Assembly: GCF_009914755.1 (NCBI RefSeq)
Contig: NC_060948.1
Source: the human T2T-CHM13v2.0 reference genome, Homo sapiens
DNA length: 64,000 nt
Reading direction: 5' to 3' (one strand)
The notes beneath the pieces are model-generated. The model searched no databases. It was not told where the DNA came from and saw only the letters and a program-made list of their open reading frames with translations. The translations under genes and the position numbers were made by a program. Below are positions 11,091 through 23,819 of this stretch, piece by piece; within the stretch, counting starts at the first letter, position 1; each line of letters opens with the position of its first letter.

Positions 11091-12658
11091 TGAGGCAACC
11101 TCAGTCCTGTTGTTGGTTCATCTGGTTGTGGGCTCCTGGGCCAGAGAACCTTTGCCCTCTGAGGCAGTGGGCCTTTCAGTGATTGCCTCAGCATTGTGCA
11201 TATGGATGAGGGGGTGGCTTTTTTCTCATTGGACAATCTTTTTTAAAATATCCTTATAAACCACACTTGTAAAACGCCCTATCAGGTGATTGGCCTGCTC
11301 CGTTTTCTGTCCTCTCTGAACCACCAAGATTTCTTTGTCTGAGGCCATGACTAAGGTTGTGGCCTTTCTCTGATCTCTCTTTTCCTTTTGGGCCTGTTCC
11401 TCTCAGTCCCTATTGTACAATACCGAGGTTGCCAGGTTTAATAATGCCTCCAGATGGCAGAGCTTGCAGTGAGCTGAGATGGTGACACTGCACTCCAGCC
11501 TGGGCAACAAGAGAAAAACTTTGTCTCAAAATAATAATAATAATAATAATAATAACAATAATAATAACAATAATGCCTCCAGATTTTGTTCAGGGCCCAG
11601 GGCTTGCTTTTGGAGCTTTCTCCTGATATCTGTGGCTGATTGGGTAATAAATTTATCTTTTAGAATCAACTGAAACTTGAGTCAGTCAGGTGACAGGGGT
11701 GTATATTTTCTTAAGTCCTCCCATAGCTTCTCAAGGAAGGCAGAAGGATTTTCTTCTTTTCCCTGAGTTAAGCTGGACATCGTTGACTAATTCATGGTTT
11801 TTTTTCCTAATTCTCCTTAGTCCTTCTAGAACACAGTTCAATAGATATTTATGACTCCCAGTCCCCATGATCTGAGTCAAGGTCCCAGTGGGGATCCATA
11901 CAAGGGATGGCTTGCTTGACCGGTAGGGAATTTGTGCCTTTCTTCGGCTGTCATTCTATTATTTACTTGACTAAGACACCAGGTATCTCCAAACTCTCAG
12001 GCTGCAGTTAAAGCCACAATCTTTTCATTAAAGGCCAGGGTTTGATCTAAGAATAGCATGACATCTCTCCAAGTGAGATTGAAGGTTTGCTCTATACCCT
12101 TGTAGGACATCTATGTACCTATCAGGATCATCTGAAAACCTCCCCAGGTTTGCCTTGATCTGCTTTAAATCAGAGAGGGAGAAGGGGACATGTACCCAGG
12201 TTAGGCCAATTTCCCCTCCCCCTACAGCTTGAAGGGGACATAACTGATAGCCTGGGGGTTTTTGTGGTCCTTTGGAGATTTCTTTTGCTTGTTTCCCTCT
12301 GGGCAGAGGAGTTTAGTGGAGGCTGGGTATGAAGGTAAGCTGAGAGGTCCTCCTCTAGGATGTAAATTGCAAGCTTTGCATAGTTGTGTATTCTCCTTCA
12401 ATGAAAAGAAAGCTTGGACACAAGGTATTTCACTAAATTTGCTTCCCTCTTACAGAAAAGGTCAAGCTGTAGGAAAGTATTGTAATTTTTACTTCCCTCA
12501 GGTGGCCATTTTTCCCCATCAGGGAGAGAATATTGGGGTCAGGCCATAGTGCAGAAAAAAATAAGCCACCTCTTTTTCAGGGTTTGTGGGTCAAACTGGT
12601 CCCAGTGGCTTAGGATGCATTCCAAGGGTGAACCTGTTGATGCCTGAGTGTTTCCCAT
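11090..12658 (-). pseudogene. gag: HERV9 gag remnant
   Basis: Starts atgggaaacactcaggcatcaacagg (MGNTQASTG) at 12658; MHR-like QGKEENPSAF; disrupted and interrupted by an Alu. Confidence 0.8.
11456..11568 (+). mobile_element. 5'-truncated Alu with (AAT)n tail inserted in HERV9 gag
   Basis: ggcagagcttgcagtgagctgagat...gtctcaaaataataat; 16-bp TSD aataatgcctccagat at 11440-11455 and 11569-11584. Confidence 0.93.
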
Positions 12659-12699
12659 CTGAAAGACAAAACCACCAGCAGTTTTGATTTGTTTGTTTC

Positions 12700-13100
12700 T
12701 GCCCCTGCCCAAGAATCCACAATTGTCCCTGGACCCTGCTGATCAGAATAGTTGTGCTCACCAATGCAACAGCAGAAACACCTCTTGCCCAAGAACCCAC
12801 AACAGTCACTGGACCCTGCTGATCACAATAGTTGATTCACTGATGCAGCAGCAGAATCACCTCTTTACCAGAAACCCACAATGGTCCCTGGACCCCGCTG
12901 ATTAGAAAAGTTGCACTCACTGATGCAGCAGCAGAAACATTAGTTTTCCTCCTAGACCACAAAGAGGACTGAGGGAGGTTGGATTTAGTGGCCCTTGCTG
13001 ACACATTCTCAAAAACCTGCACCCTTTCCTGTCCTCCTTGACCACAAAGGGGACCAAGAAAAATTGGATTTAGTGGCTCCTACTGACAGATTCTTGAAAA
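12700..13100. repeat. Tandem repeats in the HERV9 leader (three ~80-bp and two ~85-bp units)
   Basis: ggaccc(t/c)gctgat...gcagcagcagaa three times; gaccacaaag...ttggatttagtggc twice. Confidence 0.8.
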
Positions 13101-13964
13101 CTTTGTAGAGTCCTAAGCATTCTCCTGTTAGTATTGGGACTTTACAACTGTCCTACAATGATGTTACACCCCAAATATGAAGTGGAGGACCATACCCTGA
13201 GTAAGGGAAGGGATCTCAAGAGTTGGAAGATTGATGCTTTTTGTCCTCATATGAATAGGAAAGATACCATTTCTGAAGCTCCCCATATCCTAGCTTCAGG
13301 CATTGCTTTTTTTAGACCTGCTAGTCTAAGGAAGGATCCTAAAATTCCAGATAGTAACCCCAACCCATGATGGGGCTTTGGGCAAAAATTATGTCTTTGT
13401 GATTGGTGAGCCTGGAGAGCTAAAGAAGGTAAAAGCACCCTGAAGTTTATACTAGAAATCATTCTTATAGGATGAACTAGAAAACTCCAGTGACAAGGAG
13501 TGGTTTTTAGAAGCAGGACTAACCTAGGAGAAGAAAGGCAAGAGGAAGTTTGTCTGACAAGCATTAGGACCCAGGAGGCAAGCATCATGATAGATAGGAT
13601 AGACGGGTGAGTCTCGCTTGGGCGACATGACTTTGAGAGTTCTGCTCATGGCTGCTGGGTCAATCAACTTGTTGGGACCCCACAACTGAATGGCTTTCCT
13701 CTCTGGTGACCCGCGGCTCATCCCAGAAGTACAGGAAAAGCAGAAGCTGGTTCCAGGCAAATCAACACTCCCAACTCCGAAGAGTCTGAGTTTGTTAGAG
13801 CGCCTTTTCCCAGAAAGCCTGACACCCAAGTCTTTAGTGTGGTGGCCATGCTAGTTGCTCTTAACAGGCCAACAGGTACCCAGCATTTAGTCTCTGAATT
13901 CTAAGGAAAAATAAGACAAAATAGCAAGTGAAAGGGGTCCCATGATACTCACTGCTTAGTGAGT

Positions 13965-13983
13965 GTCCCTTCAGGGTCGCCAA
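13965..13983 (-). promoter_or_regulatory. Primer binding site (tRNA-Arg-like)
   Basis: Minus strand reads ttggcgaccctgaagggac immediately after the 5' LTR. Confidence 0.7.
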
Positions 13984-13985
13984 AA

Positions 13986-14716
13986 CATGTCCAGAATTGG
14001 TTGCTTCTGGTGAGTTCTTGGTTTCACTGACTACAAGAATGAAGCCTTGGACCCTCGCAGTGAGTATTACAGTTCTTAAAGATGGTGTGCCCAGAGTTTG
14101 TTCTTTCAAATGTTCAGATGTGTCTGGAGTTTATTCCTTCCAGTCAGTTTGTTATCTTGCTGACTTTACGAGTTAAGCCACAGACCTGGGCAGTGAGTTT
14201 TACAGCTCTTAAACGTGGCATGTCCAGAGTTGTTTGTTCCTCCTGGTGGGTTTGTGGTCTTGCTGACTTCAGGAATGAAGCCACAGAGCTTCATGGTGAG
14301 TGTTACAGCTCACAAAGGTAATGCAGACCCAAAGAGTGAGCAGCAGCAAGACTTATTATGAAGAGCAAAAGAACAAAGCTTTCACAGAGTGGAAAGGGAC
14401 CCAAGCAGGTTGCTGCTGCTGGCTGGGGTGGCCAGCCTTTATTGTTTTGTTTGTTCTCACCCACATTCTGTTGGTTGGTCCATTTTATAGAGTGCTGATT
14501 GGTGTGTTTACAAACCTTTAGCTAGACACAGAGCACTGATTGGTGCATGTTTATGGAGTGCTGATTGGGGCATTTACAAACCTTCAGCTAGACACAGAGT
14601 GCTGATTAGTGTGTTTCTACAGAGTGCTGATTAGTGCACTTACAATCTTTTAGCTAGACAGAAAACTTCTCTGAGTCCCCACTCAACCCAGGAAGTTCAG
14701 GTGGCTTCACCTCTCA
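13986..14716 (-). mobile_element. LTR12, 5' LTR
   Basis: Homologous to 7296-7960, ends ggcttcacctctca; has extra CCAAT-repeat units. Confidence 0.93.
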
Positions 14717-15129
14717 AAACCATTAGCAAAATTAAATCAGGAAAGTGACAGGATTAAATTTGTGCTTGTAAATAAATATTTTGCCATTACAATTACCAAT
14801 ACTAACCCTGTATTTCCTGATTTGGTAGTTACATGATGGTAATTTGGGAGAGTGTTTCTACTTTTTGTAAAACACAGTGGGATATTTTGAATGAAGCTGC
14901 AAATATGGCACAGCAACAACCAGTCGGGAATCTGGGAGAAAGGATAAAGTATACTAACTGCTATTTCAAGTTTCCTAGAGGTATAAAACTATTGGGAAGT
15001 AAACTCCTTTTCAATGAAAACAACCATGTCAATACCATGTCACTAAAGCAGAGACAACGACATCAAACTTCATTATAGGAGCGAAATCCAGCTCAGTGGA
15101 AGCTGTGAAACCAACTGCCTTTGTAAGTG

Positions 15130-15728
15130 TAGGAATGTTATGTCAGTATTACAGGTCTTACATCTGTATGACAGGTGTCACATCAGTATTTACGGGTGTT
15201 ACATCAGTGTTATTGTTGTTCTATTTGTATTACAAATGTTACAGTGGTATTAGGAGTGCTATATTAGTATTATATGTGTTAGATCAATATGAAAGTTGTT
15301 ACATCAGTATGAAAGTTGTTATATTTGTATTGCAGATGCCATATTGGTATTATGAGTTGTATGTTGGTATTGTGAGTGTTACAGTTGTATTACAGGTGTC
15401 AAGAGAGCACTATAGATGTTACATCAGTGTTATGGATGTTTCATTTGTATTGTGAATCGACATTGGTGTTATGAGAGTTAGAGTTCTATTAAGGGTGTTT
15501 GATCAGTATTAGGGTGATTATATTTGTATTTCAGATGCTATATTGGTATTCTGAGTGTTTTATTGCTGTTATGAGTCTTACAGTTGTATTACAGGTGTCA
15601 GATCAATATTACAGTTGTTACATTAGTATTACAAGTGTCACAACTGTATTATGGGTGATATATTTGTTTACAGATGTATCTCCATTGTAGGTGTTATAAT
15701 TGTGTGACAAATGCTATATTTGTGTCAC
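15130..15728. repeat. Degenerate ~20-bp minisatellite (consensus about GTTACATCAGTATTACAGGT), ~30 units
   Basis: Periodic gttacatcagtatt/gtattacaggtgt motifs; a ~200-bp higher-order match between 15321 and 15520. Confidence 0.8.
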
Positions 15729-16299
15729 GAGGTCATGGCGTGCACCTGGCATTGTGGTCACCACACTTGGGTGTGGGGAAAGTCCTTGGGGTGCACTAGA
15801 GCCATAGGAATATTTTTTTGTTTCTAATTTTCCACACAAAACCCTTCTAGTGGGTCCCTGATCCTCAGCAGTTAGAGGAAGGTTTTTACTTATCTCTGCC
15901 TCCAACTGGAGTGAGGCAGTGTGGCTGGAGTCTGTGCTGAGGAGAATGGAGCTCTCATCCTCAGGTGGCATGTGCTGAACACGCGGGTCCTCCAAGGGTC
16001 AGAAAAGGCAGGCTCATGTGTCCCGTACTGGCTGCTGGCAGAACTGCAGGACCCAGGTGGTCATGGTGAGGCAGCTGTGCATTCTTTTCTGACTGGCCAG
16101 GGGCACTAAATAAAAGCAGACTTCAGATTGTTCAGTGCCATCATTTTGGAAATTCCAACTGAAATGCTGCCTGTTATCCTGGGTTTTCTTGTTGTTGTTT
16201 GTTTTTTGCTGAAAATGATGAAGGGACCATTAACCGGAAACCACAGACAATGAAATGAACAGAGATGGCACATTTTACAACTTACAGAAAATTTTTCTC

Positions 16300-16765
16300 A
16301 ACATAGTCCTGAGACTTACAGTGTAAAACTATTCAACTTGTAGAAGAAAGCACAGAAAGAGACCTATGTGACCTTGGGTTTGGTCATGAGTTTTAACATA
16401 AGACACTAAAGCTTATCCATAACAGAAAAAAATAATTAACAATGTAGGCCTTCTCATATTAAAAGTTTACACTCTGCATAAAATCTTCTTCAGGAAACAG
16501 AAAGATAAGCCACAGTCTGAGAAGAGATATCTGCAAAATACAGATCTAAGCAAGAACTTGCCCTGAAAATACACAAAGAAATATTGAAACTCAACAATAA
16601 GACAGACTATCCAATTAAAAATGGGTAAAGAGCTGAGCAGCTACCTCATCAATGAAGATACACAGATGGTAAGCAAACAAAAAGATGCTCAATCTTGTAT
16701 ATCATTAAGGGAGTGACAGTCACAACAGTGAGATAGCATGGCCCATCTATATTTGCTAGAACTGT
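16300..16765 (+). mobile_element. Old L1 3' ORF2 fragment
   Basis: gaccttgggtttggtcatgagtttt, aaactcaacaataag...ccaattaaaaatgggtaaag, gaagatacacagatggtaagcaaac. Confidence 0.8.
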
Positions 16766-16895
16766 GAAACTCTGTTCAAAACATGACAAATGATTTGCTG
16801 AAGGAAAGACAGGTGACTTGGGATAAATTATGTATGACTAAAATTTCACATACTGCTTAAAATCTATTTCAAAAAACAATATGCTTAACAATTAC

Positions 16896-16987
16896 CTTAA
16901 GTTCTTTCATACAATTTACAGATTGATTGAGTTCCTCCTTTTTTGCATTAATAACTAGGAGCTCCCCTTGCAAACAAACAGCTTTTC
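16896..16987 (-). pseudogene. OFD1: OFD1P exon (about exon 12), 92 bp
   Basis: ttcag|...[30 protein letters not shown]|gtaatt vs OFD1 [30 protein letters not shown]; AG and GT intact. Confidence 0.92.
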
Positions 16988-18109
16988 CTGAAATAAACAG
17001 CCCATTAAACACCACAATATTTTCCTAGTGAATATAAAAGCTGTTTAACATTCATGGCCAGTATGCCAGACCTAATGATCATTATTTTAAAATATGAAAT
17101 AGCATATGTAGGGGTTAAAACTTTCATGGGCAAGTGAGAAATAACACTGTATCTGCCATGTATGTCATGAAATTCCACCTGCTAAACATGTTAAGCAGAG
17201 TTACACCATCTGCTCAGAGCATAAGGCCCTAATACTCATAGTTCTTAACTTCCTTGAAGACAAAGATCTGTCTGTTATTACATTGTAACAGTCAATAATG
17301 TTACTGTACCAAAGTTATTATGTTGTCATTTTCATTTCATCTGTCATGAATCTCTGTAGCTATATCACCAAAGTATAATTTATTACCTAGCTGATGGTAC
17401 TAACCCATAAAAGAAGAGTTAGTCTCCACAAGATAGTAGTAAAAGGTGAAGTCACTTATAGGGTGTCTGGTCAACATCGAGTACCCATCCTTGGTTTACT
17501 TCCAAGAATCTATTTGAAATTTCTACCAAAAATTTACTTCTCATTATAGGCAATTTCCTAGAGACACATTGAAATGTAGAATGTCAGAAGATTGAAAAGT
17601 TACTCATCTTCCAGTCTCAGGCCAATACATACAAGAATACAGGAAGTTATATATCAAGTAAAATATTATAAATAAAAAATACATTAGAAGCCAATGAAAT
17701 AAGAAACTATGCCACATGGGACAGAGAAGTTAAACTTTTTTGTAAGTGTAAAATAAAGTATCTCATGGTTAGGAGTAATATGTACCACAGGCAATAAGTT
17801 GCTGCCAACTTCTGGACACTTACACATTTATCAAAATATCTTGAAATCAAGTTGAGTAAAATATCCAGGATAAATCACAGGCCTTTCTGAATGCATATAA
17901 TATTAAACATGAGGGTTTCTCAAAACTCAGTGAAGACAATGTTTTTAATTTTTTATAATTAGAATTACAAAAAAATGTGTAATTTTGTAGGAACAATGGA
18001 GTATAAGCTATATTTTTTCAGAATACAGGACAGGAACAGACCCAACTTGGGAAGCTAATCAACTTTATCAGAACTGAAAAATACGCTTCTTTCCCCACCC
18101 AAACATCAC

Positions 18110-18183
18110 CTTTATTCTTCCTTTCATCTTCAATCAGTACATTAGTTCTAGTGATGTGGTCCTCCTTTAGTTGAAGTTGATAC
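18110..18183 (-). pseudogene. OFD1: OFD1P exon (about exon 11), 74 bp
   Basis: [24 protein letters not shown] vs OFD1 [24 protein letters not shown]; donor gtgat intact, acceptor reads AT. Confidence 0.9.
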
Positions 18184-19841
18184 ATGCGAATCAGAACGAC
18201 TAAATATGAGTTCCTCGGTTATCTTTATGGAAAGACCATTATCAATGCAGATAATCTACGTCAGAGCTGCAACTGAGGGCACTGAACACGACATTTTGTA
18301 AACTTCAAAGTCCCTCAGTGCTAAATCCAGGGATCTAACTTCCGAACATAAAATGTCCAGTAAAATGTTGCCTTGATGCTATAAAGCTTACTCACACAAA
18401 ATGGAGGGTTGTGTTGTTATGAGGTTACTGAAAGCATCACTTTTCAGTTGGTCTCAGCTGACCCAAAGAGCACAGAAGAAAATTAAATTTACAGAGCACA
18501 CAACAGACTCAATCCCAAATGATAATTAGACAGTCACTTCCAATCCACTTGTCGTATCTGCCAACCCCAAACCAATGTAACAAATTTTGTGCCCAGGGAC
18601 CAAGCACAGTCCTGGGAAACATGTGCCAAGGGCATTATATCTGAATTAGCAATACCCAAAGGCACATTTTCAAATTTTCACTTTTCTTTCCAAGCGGTTA
18701 CAAGCTGCCCTTTTGGTTCCAAAAGGACAAAGAAACACTCCTGTGGTGAACAGTTTCCAAACTCCAACACTCGCCAAAGTTGTATGAGAATCGCCAAAGC
18801 CAGACAGACCCCATGCAGACGGTAGAAGCTGTAACTATGATACCAAATAGTTCACTAGCTCCACAACAGTATAAATTAACACACATACTTTAATTCATTT
18901 ATTCCTAAAATTTCAGTAAAGAACTTTCCAGGTTCCTTATTTTAGTATAGAAACAGACACAGAGAATGTGGGTAAAATACATCATTTCAGAATTGATTAA
19001 AAAAAACTGTCCAATAAAAAACATAGAATTTGTTTGAAGAATAACTTCAACAAGTGTTTGCAAGTATTATGTAATGGAATATTGATGGTAAATTATGAGG
19101 AAGGTGATAAAAATAGGCCACATAAATGCCCAGAGCACGTGAGTCCTTTCCTCATGACACATTTATGACAAATATTAACTGAGCACTTTTTATGTGTCAG
19201 ATGCTTTCACACCCACTGAAAATTACCACAAGTACATAGTATCTTAGCACTGAGATATTACTCACTGATACAAAAGTTCAGAGTAAAGAAAAGCCAAAAT
19301 AACAAAAGTAGTCTATTTTTTCCTTTCCCTATATCACATTTTCCTCACATAGTTAATTTTAGCTCTTTTGATTCTGACTTTGCAGAATCATAAAGGAATA
19401 CAAGGCCCATGGACACTGACAAATACTATGACAGCTATGTATAATTTATATATTGTTAGATATTCCCATCTTTGTGGCAGTATGAGTGGGGTAGAGGAAA
19501 AGGTGACTAAAAGTGATTATAATTCAACTTTTGCAGCTTATCTACTATGCAACCTGAGCAAGTCACAAGGTGCCCTGAAAGTTAAAGCAAATTACAGCCC
19601 TCAACAAATGTTAGAGATGCCATGAGTAACAAGAAAAGAGGGTGTGTTTCTCTATAGCTTATCTTTTAAAAACTACCTTAACTCAAATGCAGGAAAGTAT
19701 TGGCTATTGATAGACATATATATTTTTTCAAACACTAAAGTTTGCATAAGATATTAATCATAGACTACTTCCTCAGTTTTTGTTATACTTCTACCAACTT
19801 AATTTATACATACTACTTCTTTAAAAGTGCCAAACAATTAC

Positions 19842-19956
19842 TTTAGAATTTTGCTCCTGAGCTTTCTGTCATAGCTCTCCTCAAGAGACTTTGTATTCTG
19901 CTCTCATCTTCTAAGTCCTCACTCATGCTGTTATGTTTTTCTGGAGCTTCTGGGTC
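19842..19956 (-). pseudogene. OFD1: OFD1P exon (about exon 10), frameshifted
   Basis: TQKLQ...EQNTKSLEESYDRKLRSKILK vs NQKLQ...[21 protein letters not shown]; donor gtaatt, acceptor reads TG. Confidence 0.85.
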
Positions 19957-20377
19957 CAGAAATTAGCAATAAATAAATAAATAAACAAATACATGAATAA
20001 AGTAAATGAACCATAATAACTGAGTTAACAAATTTAGGAAAAACATCATGTGACATGCTTTTAGTTTAACAGATGAAAACTGCTAATGACCATTACTGCT
20101 GGGAAATAGAAGAAAAGAGCCAGAAGTCCTCAGCGTATTTTATGAACTGGCCTGGTTACAGGGTATTAAAACCAGCAGAACCAGGGGGCTGTGGCATCTG
20201 ACTGAGAAGAGTGGGAGAGTCTCTGACTAAGGGAAGTGGGAGAGCCTCAAGAGGGAAGTGGTTTCTCATGGTAGATAATTAACACTTAAACAATAGTTAC
20301 AGTGATAAATGGCCAAAATCAATTCTGGGATGAAAGAATGATACTATTAGTTACAAACTAATAAAGGTGTACTTATG

Positions 20378-20660
20378 GGCTGGACACTTTCGCTCATGTC
20401 TGTAGTCCCAGCAGTTTTGGAGGCCAAGGTGGGTGGATCACCTGAGTTCAGGAGTTTCAGATCAGCCTGGACAACATGGTGAAACCCTGTCTCTACTAAA
20501 AATACAAAATTAACTGGGAATGGTGGTGCATGCCTGTAATCCCAGGTACTCAGGAGGCTGAGGCAGGAGAATCACCTGAACCCAGAGGCGGTGGTTGCAG
20601 TGAGCCAAGATTGTACCATTGCACTCCAGCCTGGGTGACAAGAGTGAAACACCATCTCAG

Positions 20661-20691
<31 letters not shown>

Positions 20692-20699
20692 TAAAAGAA
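20378..20699 (+). mobile_element. AluSx-like element
   Basis: Dimeric Alu with ggatcacctgag...caggagtt and an A-rich tail. Confidence 0.9.
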
Positions 20700-20820
20700 A
20701 GTATATTTATGTACCCGAATCTTCTATAATGCTATTTCTAACTGTGGGGTTCAGTTAATTAGTCCATATATATTTACATTACAATATTTGCTTTTGTCGC
20801 TTAATAATGTATCAGCTTTA

Positions 20821-20990
20821 GCCAAGTGTGGTCACCTGCACCTGTAATTAGAGCTTTTCAGAAGGCTGAGGTAGGAGGATCACTTGAGCCCAAGAGTTTG
20901 AGATCAGCCTGGGCAACATAGGAAGACCCTGTCTCTTAACCCAATACCAAAACAAAACCAAAATAAAACAAAACAAGAAAACCATGAAAA
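20821..20990 (+). mobile_element. Alu left monomer (FLAM-like)
   Basis: gaggctgaggtaggaggatcacttgagcccaagagtttgagatcagcctgggcaacatag followed by an A-rich tail. Confidence 0.8.
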
Positions 20991-21207
20991 ACAAGGACCA
21001 TTGATTGAATATTGAAGTATTCAAAGAGAGAGCAAAAGATAGATATATCATTCAGGACTTCCAAATACTTAAGAATAGAATGGTCTTCATAGTGAGACTT
21101 CAAATCAATTATAATTTATTCTTAACCATACTTATTCTTAACTATTCCAAATACTTAAAAACAGAATAGTCTTTATAGTGTCCATAGTGAGACTTCAAAT
21201 CAACCAT

Positions 21208-21440
21208 AGTATCAATTCCATATGTGTGTATATATATATGTATATCAATTCCATATGTGTGTATATATATGTATATCAATTACATATGTGTGCATATGTA
21301 TATATATATATACAGAGAGAGAGACGAGAGACAGGGTCCTGCAGTGTTATCCATGACTGTATATATATGTATGTATGTGTGTATATATTTATGATATATA
21401 TATGATATATTTTATATATATATATTTGATATATATTTGG
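21208..21440. repeat. (TA)n/(TG)n low-complexity microsatellite region
   Basis: gtgtatatatatatgtatatcaattccatat units and TA runs. Confidence 0.85.
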
Positions 21441-23093
21441 ATAAGGGACTGAGATGTTAAACAACTAAGTAGTATACATTCCAGAAGGCATGTTAGGAAT
21501 ATATGGAAATGTAGTTTAACAGGATTTGGAGGAGTAAATACTATGAAGCTAGAATAACTAGTTGAATAAGGCTGAAACCTTGCATTCCAACAAGGAAGAC
21601 GTATATTCGTTTAAACCTGTTGTGTTTTCACTAGCTTTGAATGACACTATGCTTTTATCAGGGAGAGAAGGGGGTTGATATTCCAGGTGAGGAAATACAG
21701 ACATGGTGCTTTTTATGAGGCTGGCAGTCTTCCTCAAAGCTTTCAGATACTTGCAGTTAAATACACAGGAATCTAGTCAGTCAACTGTCTTGAAGATGAA
21801 GTTATTAGTCTAAAAACATTTCAATCACCTTGAAGATCTGTGCTTCCAAAACTCATTTTTATAGCTGAAGCAAGCCCAATTCACAGAAGTGCTATATAAA
21901 ATTTTAGAGGGGTGCCCCTCACATTACATAACTAGGTCTCAATGAGAAGTCCTAAGCAAGAGTGGACCCTAGGGGGACGCCTTCCTACTGTTAATGTCTG
22001 GAAGCAGCCATTCTGTATGTATGCTGGAAATACTGCAGTAAATCCAGTCTGGTCTGAGACATACCCTTGGAAAAGGAGTAAGATTTCTTAAAGGAGTAGA
22101 TCTAATCCCACTTGCCAACTTGGGACTCCCTGCCACTTCTCATCGTCTTCGTGTCCTATCCAGTTACTTTCCTGCTGATGATATCAAATGGCCACATGGA
22201 TGACCCTTGTGGCTCTGGTGACTCCTTTACCCCAGGGATCTTCACTCTTGCTCGTTTCCATGGCTGCCTCCAATGGCAGCATACTGTCTTTGATTTCCAG
22301 TCTCCACCTGAATGCTCATTCTGCAGTTCTGTACTCTTGGGCCATCCTTATTCTTCCACCTGCCAGTCTTTCCAGATCTGGTCCTTGATCACTGAGACTG
22401 CCACTGAACCCTCCCTTTCTCCCATGTTAGCAGCCACCTGCCGTCTCCTCTGCTTCCCTTCACTACCCAAGAGAGCCCCAGAATCCTCAATTAAATAGGC
22501 TGCCTTTCTCAATTAAAACAAATTAGGCTCTGCAAGCCTCCATTTCTGAAGCATCTCCATCTTTCCACCCTCAGTGAAAGGGACAGAAGAGAAAGACACT
22601 TACAATTCCTCCACAGAGCTAGAACAGGAAACTCACCTACAAGTATGTGGTTTGGTTCCTCTCAATTCCAGGCTAGCCCAACCACAGTTGGGCCCTCAGT
22701 ACAGGTGATCAGTCCTCTCTGCTTTAAGGAGCTATTCTTCCCTTACCCACATGAGCTAGTCTGCACCTCCAAGCTGCTCCTACAACTCATTATCTATCCC
22801 TCTAAATTGTCTGAGTATATGGAGCTTTTCAAGGGTGTGTTTTTCATTATCCCAAGTTGACTGTTCATCTTTGCAATTCTTGCCTTTCCACCAGTCTCAG
22901 AGGAAGCAAATATGTGTATCCTTTTCAAGGTCCATCCTTCTTTCTATTTGATTCTTTTGCCCTCTTGGCTCCAGTCCCTATGGCACTTCTGGGGCATTGT
23001 TCCATCACTTGTACAATCTTGTTCCTGGATCTTGAGACAACCTACTGATAGCTGCAGGAATTAGCCACCCAGTGAAATATTTGTAAATACCAC

Positions 23094-23267
23094 CTCATGG
23101 TGCTTGTCATTTATCTAAGGGATACTCTTTTCACAAAGAATGAGGGCTTCAGATTGTGCTTGACAAGCATTATCAAAATCATTCTGGAACACAACTAATT
23201 CCTTCTCATACTTTCTTTTCACTTCCATTTCAATTTTTGTTATCTTGGCATCTTTAAAAAACTTCAA
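23094..23267 (-). pseudogene. OFD1: OFD1P exon (about exon 8), 174 bp, in-frame stop
   Basis: [57 protein letters not shown] vs [58 protein letters not shown]; acceptor AG lost. Confidence 0.93.
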
Positions 23268-23587
23268 TGGCAAATTGATCAAAAAATTAAAATTCCAACT
23301 ATTACACTATAAAAACAGTAACAAATTATTTCTCCAGAGCTAGGCCCAACATTAATGCTGTGTCCAAATATGTTGTCCAAATATGTTCTATTTATTTCAT
23401 CTATACTTTTTTCTCATTCACTGTATCTGTAGGACTCACTCAAAAGACATAAACAAATGTCGTGAGAAAAAAATATGCACAACAGTATACTATCACATTC
23501 TGTATTAAAAGTTCTAGATATTTTTGATAGACCTAAGATTAAGTCTTTAGAAGACAAACTTGTGAAGAGTAATAAGATAAAACTTAC

Positions 23588-23723
23588 CTTTTGACATGTT
23601 TCTGCCCAATTTGCTCTTCTACTTCTCTTTTATATTCACTTGGCTTTATTTCCAAAGACTCAATCTTGATATGCTGAGGGTAAGCCTCTGCAAACTGATC
23701 ATCTATAAGCCCAAACTTCTCAG
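23588..23723 (-). pseudogene. OFD1: OFD1P exon (about exon 7), 136 bp
   Basis: aatag|[38 protein letters not shown]...|gtaag vs [38 protein letters not shown]; frameshift near the 3' end. Confidence 0.93.
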
Positions 23724-23819
23724 CTATTGAAAAGCAACAGGTCAAATTAAGACACAGAAGTGTGGTCAGGTGTGTAAGAGGGCAGACGTCTGGTTTAAAA
23801 GTAAAAATTACACTTAGGG

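Larger units (their letters stand above)
7296..14716 (-). mobile_element. HERV9 (LTR12) provirus, defective, with integrase and most of env SU deleted
   Basis: Two LTR12s, PBS, PPT and gag-pro-pol-env remnants; perfect 4-bp TSD AAAC at 7292-7295 and 14717-14720. Confidence 0.93.

Noticed and set aside
11479-11673. Poly-Asn ORF
   Set aside because: It is the (AAT)n tail of a truncated Alu.
12700-13100. Regularly spaced repeats resembling a CRISPR array
   Set aside because: These are tandem repeats in the HERV9 leader with no unique spacers, in primate DNA with no cas genes.
15096-15690. Hydrophobic Val/Tyr-rich ORFs resembling membrane proteins
   Set aside because: They are a by-product of the 20-bp GT-rich minisatellite.
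21950-23060. Pyrimidine-rich stretch with ORFs of 63-128 aa inside the OFD1P intron
   Set aside because: No recognisable protein; probably intronic or ancient repeat (possibly L2) sequence that I cannot assign.
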